Positions 1 through 11,656 of a DNA stretch of 64,000 nucleotides are shown piece after piece. Source of the stretch: Octopus sinensis (taxonomy: Eukaryota). The stretch covers positions 53,630,001 through 53,694,000 of the forward strand of contig NC_043005.1 in assembly GCF_006345805.1 (NCBI RefSeq). The letters are read 5' to 3'. Both the position numbers and the translations under genes were made by a program. The notes under the pieces were generated by a model. The model did not search any database, was not told the origin of the DNA, and saw only the letters and a program-made list of their open reading frames with translations. Every line of letters begins with the position of its first letter. The stretch's first letter is position 1.

Positions 1-142
1 CAAGACTTGAAATCTGAGTCGAAAACCTAACACTAAAGAAGCGATGCCTCAAGTTTACTGATTCCAAGAAAATTACTTTAAACACAACTTTTCCATAAGA
101 CTTATCAACTCATAACACAAAATAATATCAAGAGCAGCCAAT

Positions 143-604
143 AAAGCGGTGAGGTAGAAGAATCGTTAGCAAACCAGCCAAACTGCTTGGCGGTATTTCA
201 TCCGTCTTTACGTACGGTGTTCAAATTCCTCTGTGGTCGCCTTTGCCTTTCGTCCTTTCGGGGTAGATGAAATAAGTTCTTATGAAGCACTGAGATCAAT
301 GTTTTCGACTTACATCCTCCGTCCAAATTGCTGGCCTTGTGACAAAATTGGAAACCAATATTATTAGCAACCACAAGACGGCTAACTGGCAGAAGAGTCC
401 TTAGCAGGCCGTTCAAAATATTAAGAGGTATTTCGTCTGTCTTTACGTTCAAAGTTCAAATTCCACCGAGGTCAACTTTGCTTTTCATCCTTTCGGGGTC
501 AATTGAAATAAGTAACAGTTCAGCACTGGGATCGATGTAATCGATTAGTCTCCTCCCCCGAAGAATTATGGCCTTGTGGCAAAACTTGAAGCCGATATTA
601 TTAG
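143..604 (+). mobile_element. Two tandem copies of SINE family A (tRNA-like head, Nin-domain-like core)
   Basis: Each copy has a head ending GTTCAAATTCC (B-box-like) and the core TTTGCCTTTCRTCCTTTCGGGGT..ATAAGT. The same core recurs at more than 20 places in the window. Confidence 0.85.
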
Positions 605-2686
605 TGAGTATATTCTAGTCTGTATAATTACTAAATTCTATTCAACTCTCTATTCAACTCTGGAGAATAGTGTTAACTCTTTCATAGTTTGGTCTTAATC
701 ACTGATTACGGGTTCAGAAAATTCGGTCATTCAAATGCCGCCAAACTTCTTTTGGATTCACTGAATCTTGGAAAGCAACTTTTACCAATTCCAGTTTCTG
801 CGATCTATATCATATTCTCAGTTAGAAAGCAATCTTATTTCATAATAACTTCAATTTAGATAAAGACGAATATTCTAGTTTACATGTCGACATCTGTATA
901 GGATCAATCCAAGGAGGATAGTAACATACTTATCCTCCAAAATGCTAATCCAGTCAAAATTAGTTTCGTCATGTCATCGCAAGAGATTTTAATCTCTTAA
1001 ACTTTAGAAACATTTTACTCGCCCAAATAAGGTTTTGCTGCCCAAGAGGCTTCCAACCTTCTCGAAATATCCGTGTTCGCACACTTTAAATCAAATTAAG
1101 AAATAATTTGGAGTCATTTTTCAATTAATTTATTTTAGCATTCTTTTCTTTATTTTATGTTTTTGAGCATTTTCTTCATAATATAACATGAATGTTACCA
1201 TTTGATTACCGAAATCTCAATTTCTTCAACTTTTTGCTGTCAGCATTCAGATTCATTCGTTTGTAAACAACAAACTGTTAGCTCAGTAATATCTATCTCA
1301 ACTATATTTTCATGCATTTTATTCTTTGTTTCATAGATTTTCAACTTTTCTCCTAACTTTTCTTTTCTCCTTGCTATTTGAACTCTCAAGGTTTTAAAAA
1401 TCCATTCTATTTTCTAATCAGTCAAAGAATATTATTTCTCTTTATTGGGCAATTTTGGCAAGACCACAATTCACTATAATATGCAATTATTGTTATTCAG
1501 CTGCATATATTTCAAGTCATTGTAAATATCTATCATGTGGGCAGCGGTGTCAAACTCTTTCCTACTACGAAATGGGCCAGCAATCAGGGCAAAATCACAC
1601 ACAGGAGTGGTGATGTGAAACCCCACGACACTGAAGAAATCAACCAAAGAGGAATCATACACAAAAGTGCAAAATCACGGTGGGGCTCCAGCATGACCGC
1701 ACCCGCATAGCTGAAACAAATAAAAGAATAAAAGAATGAAAGAATGTGTATAGCAAATACATCTCCCTATAATTAGTGTGTAATGATAGATTTTGTGTTT
1801 CATTAACTTTCCACGTCCCTTCTAGCTTCCTTTCCATCTTATTTTCCATAATTTGATAGGAAAAATACATAGAGTAAAACGACACTTGCTCCAAAATATA
1901 TCAGGAAAATTTATACAATCTAAAGAACTTGAAAAACGATATGGGTAACACATCCATAAAGAGGTAAGAACATAACAGCTAAGTTAAAACCAGAGCTCCC
2001 TAAAAATGTAGCTGCCTGCTCGTCATTTTATTGGAAATGTGTACATGCAAACACCCACATTTTAAGTGTCGGTGTCATTGACCATCATAACTCACTCAAC
2101 CTCTTCAACTCACCAAGTTGTGTCTTGGTACCCCTTAATATGAACAGCACACCATTGCTAGCTCTTGTCTCACTGAAAATGATAACTATTGCATTAACTT
2201 GATGTACTGAGTTCTTCTTTTGTGTGTACAGTGTGAAGAGCGGATGGTTCTTCCGCGATGCTTTGTTCTTGGAAAAGATTCATAAAAATAACGCCTTCAG
2301 ATGTGTTCTCGCAACCCAAGAGATTATGAAATTCACTAACAAACAATCAACGGGCAAACTATTTATAACTAACTCTGTTTAGCAAACGTTATTAATATTG
2401 TTGTCAAATTATACTCTTGTCGTGTTGAAAAATAAAACGAGCTTAGAGAAATAATTCGAATGGGTCCTGTGGCATGAATTTAGATAATTTAAGTTAACGT
2501 ATCACGTGCTGGGAAGTGATTGCCCTACGCAAGACATTTTTAATTAAAATTTTCCTTTCATTCGGAGTAAGTGAACAAAACCTGTTGGCAATCCTGAGTG
2601 AATGTCCGAAAAGGGGAGATAATTTCAAGAAATTAAAAAAAGTCTTCTCAAAGTTAATTTCCAAGCTTATTGGGGAAACCTGGCGA

Positions 2687-2710
2687 TTTTTTTTCCGTTT
2701 ACAGGTAAGA
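2687..2710 (+). promoter_or_regulatory. Splice signal: polypyrimidine-CAG directly followed by GTAAGA (5' donor, or an AG/GT recursive site)
   Basis: TTTTTTTTCCGTTTACAG|GTAAGA, junction 2704/2705. Confidence 0.4.
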
Positions 2711-3774
2711 GACACCTACAGTCACGTTATAGTCTGTCATACATACATTTTCAATTTGTTAGTAATTATACAATAAAAACTAGAAATATTTCAAAGAGGA
2801 TTGCAAATTGATTACGCAATAACAGTTCATTCTCTATAATGATGTAAAGCATTATAAAATAAAATAGCACACATTCTGTGTGATTCTTTTAATTTATGGC
2901 ACCTTCATCCGTTAATGTACATTTTCATGCGTTACATGGATGAAAGAAGCTCTAAATTTTCGTTCTAACAACTGGAAATAGCAGACAAAATTGACGCAAA
3001 TCAAACCTCATCATCTTAAACAAAGAAGTCATTAGTTAAGGTAGTTCGGGATATACACAACTAAAAATTAAGTTGGGTAGACCATGGTGGATATGCATTT
3101 GAAAAGAATTCTGATACGTGCATAAAGTTTAGTAAGCAACAACGTGTTAATCAAAAATATATTTCATTCTTCTTTTTCTTTTTCAAAGAACATTTTATTT
3201 GCCTTGTAACATTTCAGTTTAACAGCCTCTGAATTCCTCACTTTCATTCTTATCAGTAAATTCATACATCATTATCTAGATGTAGCAAAATTAGTAATAA
3301 AGGGAGATTTGCTTATCATTTGTATCATTAAATATCTGTTGTTTGACCTGCATGGCTTATATTAACCTATGATTCACCTACTGTCCAAATCTATATTGTT
3401 AATGTCTAAAGTTCCATTCCACTTTCGTATTACCGTTTTCTCAAGAACTATAATGCAATCACATTGACGGTTTCTCAACGTCCTTATCTTCTTCGTTATC
3501 AGTTTTCTCGCAATTATCACTGATACCCATTATAAAGTCATTTTGTGCTGAACTGACACCGGTTCGAGGGGTTGCCAATTTCCAACAAGTGCATCGACTT
3601 TCCAAGTATCTCAAATCTGCATCTTTCCATTTCAGAAACTACATACAGTATTCACGCAAATGTTCCTAATTGATTTTTTAATTTTTTTTTTTATTTTTGC
3701 AAAGTAACTTCAGCTTGTGTCAACAGCAGGTAATTTCTTCCGCAATGAGACATATTATAAATGTGTATGCCTAT

Positions 3775-3815
3775 ATATATGTGTGTCTATGTGTGTGTGT
3801 ATGCATATATATATG

Positions 3816-3876
<61 letters not shown>

Positions 3877-3996
3877 ATATATATATATATTATATATATA
3901 TATATATATATACGTACGTATGTATGTATGTATGTAGGCAGAGAGTTAAGAGAGAGAGAGAGAGACAGGCAGGCAGACAATCAAACAGATAGACAG

Positions 3997-4027
<31 letters not shown>

Positions 4028-4221
4028 CATATGCATACACATATACATATATATATGTGCGTATATATATATGACAGATAGATATATATCAAATATAAAT
4101 TAAAAGCAGAACATGTTTGATATATACTCTCTCATCTCTGCCACTATCTGGCATATACAGGTGCTTACACTTATTAAGTATTCACTCTAAATTTACAGTA
4201 CCTACTTATTTATATATATAT

Positions 4222-4299
<78 letters not shown>

Positions 4300-4300
4300 C
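3775..4300. repeat. Compound microsatellite block (TG, TA, TATG, GA, GACA, GATA)
   Basis: Directly visible; it explains the YI/CV/TH-rich ORFs at 3697 and 3771. Confidence 0.97.
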
Positions 4301-4534
4301 AGAGACAGAAAATGGAATTCACGAGATTCTTTATTCAAATCCACTACAATTGTTTCCTCTCATTCTACACCTGTAGTCCATAGATGAGTTATTGTGCAAT
4401 CAAGTATCTTGCGACGCAGATGTAGGATACACCTCTTCGGATGACTTTTAAAACAAGTACCTCACTATTTTATATCTCTATTTCACTTACCCTCATAACA
4501 AGGTATATCTGGGTTGTTGCTACATTCTAGCAGT

Positions 4535-4579
<45 letters not shown>

Positions 4580-4641
4580 CACTCTCTCTCACACATGCTC
4601 ACACACGCACACACATATATACATAGATGTATATAGATATT

Positions 4642-4698
<57 letters not shown>

Positions 4699-4988
4699 AT
4701 ATATACACATATTGCTTTAACGTCCAATTTTCCATGCTCGCATAGGTTAAATAACTTTGTTCATGCAGTTTTCTTCTGCAATCGGATGTTCTTCCTATCA
4801 CTAATTCCCACCTGCTTCAAACTTACAACGAACTTGCTTTAGCAGCAAATTGTAAACAAATGACATCTTTTGCATGTACGGTGGCCTTTTCGTTTACTAA
4901 CAGCTGGCATATATCAAGACAAGAAAAGTACATACTCACGCATGAACACACGCATAAATATGCATAGAGGAACACAAACAAATACACA

Positions 4989-5037
<49 letters not shown>

Positions 5038-5039
<2 letters not shown>

Positions 5040-6133
5040 TGTAATAAATAAAATATATGCATACATACATACATATATGTACGTACCTACATCTACATGT
5101 ATATATACATGCATATATAAATATATATACGTGAGTACAGGACATCACAAATAGACGCAGAACTCAACGAGAACGAAAACGTAAAAACAAGCATGGAACG
5201 AACCTTTTTTTACAAAGAAAAAACAGAGTACTAGACAAACTACACAAGGAAAAATCCCCTTCATCAGCTGTCCCTAGTTCAACTCCAGCGTGTTTCGAAG
5301 GTAAGGACAGAACACGACTCGTCGAACTAGCCCTTCCTGCGAGGAAATTAAAGGAAATTACTTCGCAGAGGGGTAAAAACAAGGAAAGAACAAAATGTGA
5401 CACAAAAAGGACGTAAAAGCGATACAAATAAAATTGCAAAATAAAATACAAAATAAAATACAAAATAAAAATACAATTACAAAAAAATACAATACAAGAA
5501 ATAAAAACATACAAGAAAACAACCAAAGAGGGCTTTTTTGCCTAGACGAGGAAAGATTCAAGGAGCGCAAGAAAACCGTGTGTTTACAGTTAGAAGGCCG
5601 CATGCAAAAGGAAGTATTTGGCCGGCTGTGAGAGAGATGAGGAGAAGTGAGAGAGAGAGAAAGGGAGAGAAGGGAAGGTTAAGCAAAGAGGTATAGGGTT
5701 TCGCGTCATAATTATATATAAAAACTGTGCTGGGAGAAGAAGAAGAAACGAAACGGAACGAATCGAATCGAATCGACGTCCTCACCTTCGAAACACGCTG
5801 GAGTTGAACTAGGGACAGCTGATGAAGGGGATTTTCCTTGTGTAGTTTGTCTAGTACTCTGTTTTTTCTTTGTAAAAAAAGGTTCGTTCCTTGCTTGTTT
5901 TTACGTTTTCGTTCTCGTTGAGTTCTGCGTCTATTTGTGATGTCCTGTACTCACGTATATATATTTATATATGCATGTATATATACATGTAGATGTAGGT
6001 ACGTACATATATGTATGTATGTATGCATATATTTTATTTATTACACTATTGTATGACTGAGCGCCTTCGCGTCGATTCGATTCGATTCGTTCCGTTTCGT
6101 TTCGTTTCTTCTTCTTCTCCCAGTACAGTTTAT
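5038..6133. mobile_element. Retroelement-like family E: copy on the - strand (about 5038-5630) plus an inverted partial copy (5778-6047) and a second inverted pair (5720-5778 / 6070-6133)
   Basis: 5038-5308 and 5778-6047 are reverse complements with about 3 differences in 270 bp. A diverged family member with CAGCTGATGAAGGG and the same ATATATGTAGG..GTACATATATGTATG tail lies at 37168-37400. Penelope-like identity is inferred. Confidence 0.7.
5256..5316 (-). ncRNA. Candidate hammerhead ribozyme with non-canonical strand order
   Basis: CUGAUGA, GAAA and GUU core elements; stem I CUGUCC/GGACAG, stem III CGUGU/ACACG, weak stem II GGGG/CUUC. See findings. Confidence 0.4.
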
Positions 6134-7504
6134 AAATATATATATATAATATATATATACATATTTCTGTATATATGCATGTCTATTTGCATCATACAAA
6201 CCAACAAGCCTACATATTTTACATATATATTGTTCTATATCTCTAATACTTAAGGAACTTCCTCAGCTTATTTGCAATCTAAGTAACAGTAAGGTAAGCA
6301 AGACGAGTTAATTCTCTAATCACTGCAAGAATAATTAGGAATATTTTAAATATGACGTACATAGTCGATATGTAGAGACACCCAATCAAATTTACAACCA
6401 AGTTAGCCTTTGGCAAGTTAGTTAAATCTTAATGTCAACCTTATTGAGCAATATGTATTGTTGGAAAAGTAAACCTTGAAACATTGATCTAAGTTAGGTG
6501 ATGAATATTTATGAATATTCATGATATACTGCTGCAGAATAAAATTATAACTGTAAATGAATAATGTAAATTCCATTCCTTCATAATACTATGTCATACC
6601 CTAAGGAAGAACAGTTCCATTAATTGTTCAGAAACAAGGCGTTCTGATTTATTTAAAGCTTTCAACTCTGTTGTCGCCACCATTTACAACCACGTGTGTA
6701 TAGCATTCTAAGTATTGTGTCATATTTTTGATGCTATTTCAATTGAATATCATATTTCAACTGAAATAGACTACCATTGATTACTAGCTACTGGGTCTTC
6801 TTCATTGAACAATTATATCTTGGAATCAGGCCTACAGTAAAGAAAAGCAACAGAGAAGATAAATAATACATATATAAGAACAACAACAACAATAATAAAA
6901 AGCTCGACAAAAATTTCCAATAATACTGAATAGAAATTCTTTGTATTCTTTTAATCAATGTTATTGCAAAGATCATCCTGTGCAGACTTTTCAGAGCGAA
7001 ACATATAGCAATCCTGCTTTAATCAACCACAACATTGATTAGTTATGGGACATTTTCAGTATCAGACATGTGCTGGCTATTTTTCCCCATTGTGTCCATC
7101 ACAGCCATCATTTCTTCAAAACATTATTTTATACTTCATTTTCACTTTTCTTTTCTTTTTTTTTTACTTTTTTCTTTTTACTTATTATTTATCTTTTATT
7201 GACAGTTAATAATCTTAGGCATAAACCATAACACACAAGTAGCAATAAAGACCATTGATATCTGCAGAGAAAGTTATCTGAGAGCTTTTAACAGATTTTT
7301 TGACAATCGAATATGATTAAATAAGAATTTTATTAAAAGATATCTGTCAGTTCTATAATATATCATCCAATGAAATATTTTGTAAGCAATATACAATGTG
7401 CATGGTCACTTGTTGCTAGAGCATATCTAAGAGTAGCAGATATGTACTTCAATACAGATGCACTCACATTACTGAATATATCAATAAGAAGATAAGAAAA
7501 CACA

Positions 7505-7634
7505 AATGTATATGCCTGTGTGTGTGTATCCATACATACACACACACGCACGCATATATATATATATATATAATATAAATACATATATATACATATATAT
7601 AATATATATAAATACATATATATATATATATAAT

Positions 7635-7693
<59 letters not shown>

Positions 7694-8066
7694 ATAATAT
7701 ATATATATATATTATATATAGATATAGATAATATATACATATATATGTATGTATATGCTTATCTGTGCATTGTGTTTATTCATATGAAAACGCATGTATC
7801 TCTCTCTCTCCTTTCTTCTCTCTCTTTCTTTTTCTCTCACCCTCTCTCTACTTACTCATACACAGGCACACATACAACGCATGCATACACACATACATAT
7901 GTATATATGTTTTATGTGTTTCTACATTATGCACGTATGAATATATCCCTTTACATTGAAGTATGTATATACATGGTGTAACACAAAAACTACACACACA
8001 CAAACACGCGTGTTTATATATGCATATATTTATGCCTGTATGTATGTGTACATATATATGCATTTA

Positions 8067-8110
<44 letters not shown>

Positions 8111-8449
8111 CAGAAACACACACGCACACACATATATATGCTTATGTAGACAGTTAACATAGAAAAGGCAGCACAGACAGTGAAGGTATATGGGTAAGAG
8201 AAAAATGATATCTTCAGTTTATTTTGATAGCAAGAACAAGCAAGCAAAAAAAAAGAAAAATAAACCTCAAATAAAAATGAATACTCAGTTACATATTGCG
8301 AGTAAGAATGATATATTACCAATAAAAATGTAAGTGTATTATACATACACATATACGATCGTCTTCAACGTATACTGAATCTTAACTGGTAATGCATATG
8401 CAAATAATTTACACAAAATACAATGGAAACTAGCATATTCAAATTGCAT

Positions 8450-8497
<48 letters not shown>

Positions 8498-8584
8498 ATA
8501 TACATATACATATGCATATACATATACATATATACATATACATACATACATAACAAATACATATGCATATACAGATACATATAT

Positions 8585-8636
<52 letters not shown>

Positions 8637-8910
8637 GTGAATCATAGATAGTCAGAAAGATAGATAGATAGATAAACAGACAGACAAGCAGATAGACAGA
8701 GAGACAAGCAGACAGACAGACAGACGGACAGACAGACAGACGGGCGGACGGCCGGACAGACAGAAAGACTGACAGACAGACAGAGAGACAGATAGATAGA
8801 TAGACAGACAGATAGATAGATAGATAGATACATACATACATACATACATACATACATACATACATACATACATACATACATGGATTGATAGATACATAGA
8901 TAGATAGATA
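7505..8910. repeat. Long compound microsatellite region (TA, CA, GACA, GATA, CATA)
   Basis: Directly visible; source of the repetitive ORFs between 7363 and 8986. Confidence 0.97.
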
Positions 8911-9399
8911 GAAACTTGTATATGTAGTAACGTGTGATAAGGAATACTGAAAAAGTACTCAATACAAGTTTTTGAGTATAGACCATATACTAGTTTGGAA
9001 CATTACTCACTATTTAGGATTGCTTATATTAAGATGGTCGTCACTGCTGCGTCCATTAGCTAACCAGATATTGCACTAATGAAGCCTAATATACCGGCAT
9101 GTACATTATTCTGTATGAGAAGTGAGGTTACCCATAGAAGATTATTTTAAAGGAGTGGAAACTTGATAAAATTGATCTTCATATAGGAAGCACATTTAGT
9201 GTGACACCTAGGGTAAGTGTATTCCTCTATAGCTCCAAGCCAAACAATACATTGTGGGTGAATTTTATTGATGAAAAGTGAGTGGAACATATTCCACATT
9301 ATAAGAAAAACGAAAAAATCTGGTTGAGGAAAACCTTATGAGGACTGTTAAAAAACATCGCAGATGGGTAAGATCCATATCGAAGGATATATTTCAGAA

Positions 9400-9700
9400 T
9401 TCTCCCTGAAGGACTGTGGAGATAATAGATGGGATGTATATTACAACAGCTACCACTTCAAATATTTAAACACTAGTTTCCATAGAAAATTTTTGAAGTG
9501 GTTTCTTCTTCCAAATAAGTGCAGATGTAAACTGCGGGACTCAGACTCTCATATGCTGTATGACCTGCCCCAGCTGCAAAGAGAAATATATTGGCGAAAC
9601 GAACGCTTCTCTTTGCCAACGAGCTAGAATCCACAGACGACATATCACACAAAAAGAATTATGGAAGATTCTGCTGGGTAAGCAACTGGAAAAAATGTGG
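9400..9700 (+). pseudogene. Penelope-like element GIY-YIG endonuclease remnant
   Basis: The frame from 9527 reads VNCGTQTLICCMTCPSCKEKYIGETNASLCQRARIHRRHI, matching the Penelope C..xIYxxxCxxC..YIGET..L..R..EH pattern. KDCGDNR upstream resembles the CCHH-linker start. Frameshifted and with no RT. Confidence 0.8.
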
Positions 9701-9761
9701 GAAAATTCACTTAACAAACAAATTGGGAAGATTCACGTAAGCAGCCAATGCACAATATACA

Positions 9762-9797
<36 letters not shown>

Positions 9798-10051
9798 ACA
9801 CACACATGCACACACACGCGCACACACACGCACGCACACACGCGCACACACATAGAGAATAACAATGAAAATCCTTTTCAGATTTTCTTTCTACTAACTT
9901 ACATATATAGAAATGTTATGAATTTTCTATAAATATACCATTCATGATTGATCTCTCAAAAGAGATGAGAACGCAAAATAAAAAAAATTATCTTGACTAC
10001 CTGCTTTATATTATATATATATATATATTATTATATATATATATATATATA

Positions 10052-10216
10052 TATAAAATATTATTAGAGACAAAACCACTATTTGCAAAACAAACAAGGA
10101 AAGACTTAATCAATACATAAAATTTTAATAAAATATTTATTAAAATTTTAGGTATTGATTAAGTCTTTCCTTGTTTTTTTGCAAAATAGTGGTTTTGTCT
10201 CTAATAATATTTTATA
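10052..10216. repeat. About 165-bp near-perfect palindrome
   Basis: TATAAAATATTATTAGAGACAAAACCACT... pairs with ...AGTGGTTTTGTCTCTAATAATATTTTATA; loop of about 3 nt near 10134; few mismatches. Confidence 0.95.
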
Positions 10217-10481
10217 ATATTTTACTATAAAATTGGATTTAATCCTAAATCTGATTTTTTTTCCCTGTAAATTTGGATTTATTCCCTAATATTTTTATAT
10301 ATATATATATTATATATATATAATATATTATATATATATATATAATACATATATACATATATATAAATTTGTGTCACAACTCATGTTTCCGCCACTTCGA
10401 TCATCAAGAACATATGGATTTTTATTAAAGTGAAGCTGAGTTTGTTTTGCTGCTCGGGTTTTTATAAAAACACACGCTAAT

Positions 10482-10545
<64 letters not shown>

Positions 10546-10813
10546 TATATATATAATATATATATATTATAAGAATAGGAAAAAAATTGACATATAAATT
10601 TATTAACATTATGAATATGGTTATCCTATGAAAGGTAAAATATAATATAACAAATATTTAAAACAATTATATATCCGACAATTTGTGTATAAAGAATTCG
10701 CATTTATGAATATGAATCTCATCAGGGTAATATTTGTCTATTTCATGCAACGACTGCTAAATTCTTATGATTTAGCACTCCTTACATGAAATTGTTCGTT
10801 TATTTTTAGATAA

Positions 10814-10896
10814 ATATTACCTTGACGAGATTCATATAAATGTGAATTTTCTATAAATTCACTAGTGGATATGACTTGAAACAAATCGTAGGATAT
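10814..10896 (+). ncRNA. Type I hammerhead ribozyme, decayed (C3U), with an inverted decayed copy at 10671-10734
   Basis: ATATTACC-TTGACGA-GATTCATAT..GTGAATTT/AAATTCAC..ATATGACTT-GAAAC-AAATC-GTA-GGATAT. The inverted copy retains CTGATGAG and GTC but has lost GAAA. Confidence 0.6.
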
Positions 10897-11046
10897 ATAT
10901 TTGTTTTAATTATTTGTTATATTATATAATATATTTTTATAGTATAATTATATCATATCATAATGTTTAGAAATTTATCATATGTCAATTGTATTTCTAT
11001 ATTTCTTTTAAGCTAGCAATCAATGGTAGTCTATTTCAGTTGGAAT

Positions 11047-11584
11047 ATGATGCAGTACCAGGCATTGGCTCTCATGGCTTCTGATCTTAAATGATTGGAA
11101 GTGTTATCATGTACATTGTTTCGTCATAGTCTAAAAGATGGGCCACAGCAAATATTCTGCTCAATACCACAAATTTGCTTGTCAGTTGTTTGACCATAAC
11201 CAGTTGAGCATGTCCCTTAGTGGCTGACGATATGTGCAGCATAAGTATTGGGTAAGCATCATAGCCATGTGTTGAGAGGGATTATTTGGGGTTTGCATAA
11301 TTCACGTCTGGAAACATGGGTGTTTCGTTCAACCTCCTTAAACAAGCCTTATTCAAGGAACTTTTGAGCGGGATGGGTTACTTGACCAGAAGAAAATTCT
11401 AACTGGGCCCCACCTGCAAGATCATGTGCTGTTTATCTTGATATGAGATCACTATGTCGTTCACATATGGTTGTGATGCATGTGCCTAGTGTACCCTTAT
11501 CAGACGGGTAGTCATGATGAGTATACTGGGCTTCGTATATTTTACCCCCGTGTCACTTTGATGGCATGCACTGCTCTCTTACTC
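11047..11584 (+). mobile_element. About 540-bp non-coding interspersed element ending in (AAT)n
   Basis: The start TGATGCAGTACCAGGC..ATTGGAAGTGTTATCATGTACATTGTTT recurs at 60414-60502. The 3' end ...GCACTGCTCTCTTACTC runs into (AAT)n. Confidence 0.7.
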
Positions 11585-11623
11585 AATAATAATAATAATA
11601 ATAATAATAATATAATAATAATA

Positions 11624-11656
<33 letters not shown>
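11585..11656 (+). repeat. (AAT)n tract, 5' flank of the Dong element
   Basis: About 24 AAT units with two interruptions. Confidence 0.97.

Noticed and set aside
1-115. CR1/L2-like 3' peptide (YFKHNFSIRLINS)
   Set aside because: Too short, interrupted by stops and cut by the window edge.
1474-1662. 62-aa - strand ORF with an upstream TTTCTTCAG acceptor
   Set aside because: No recognisable domain or partner exon, and it abuts a SINE B tail.
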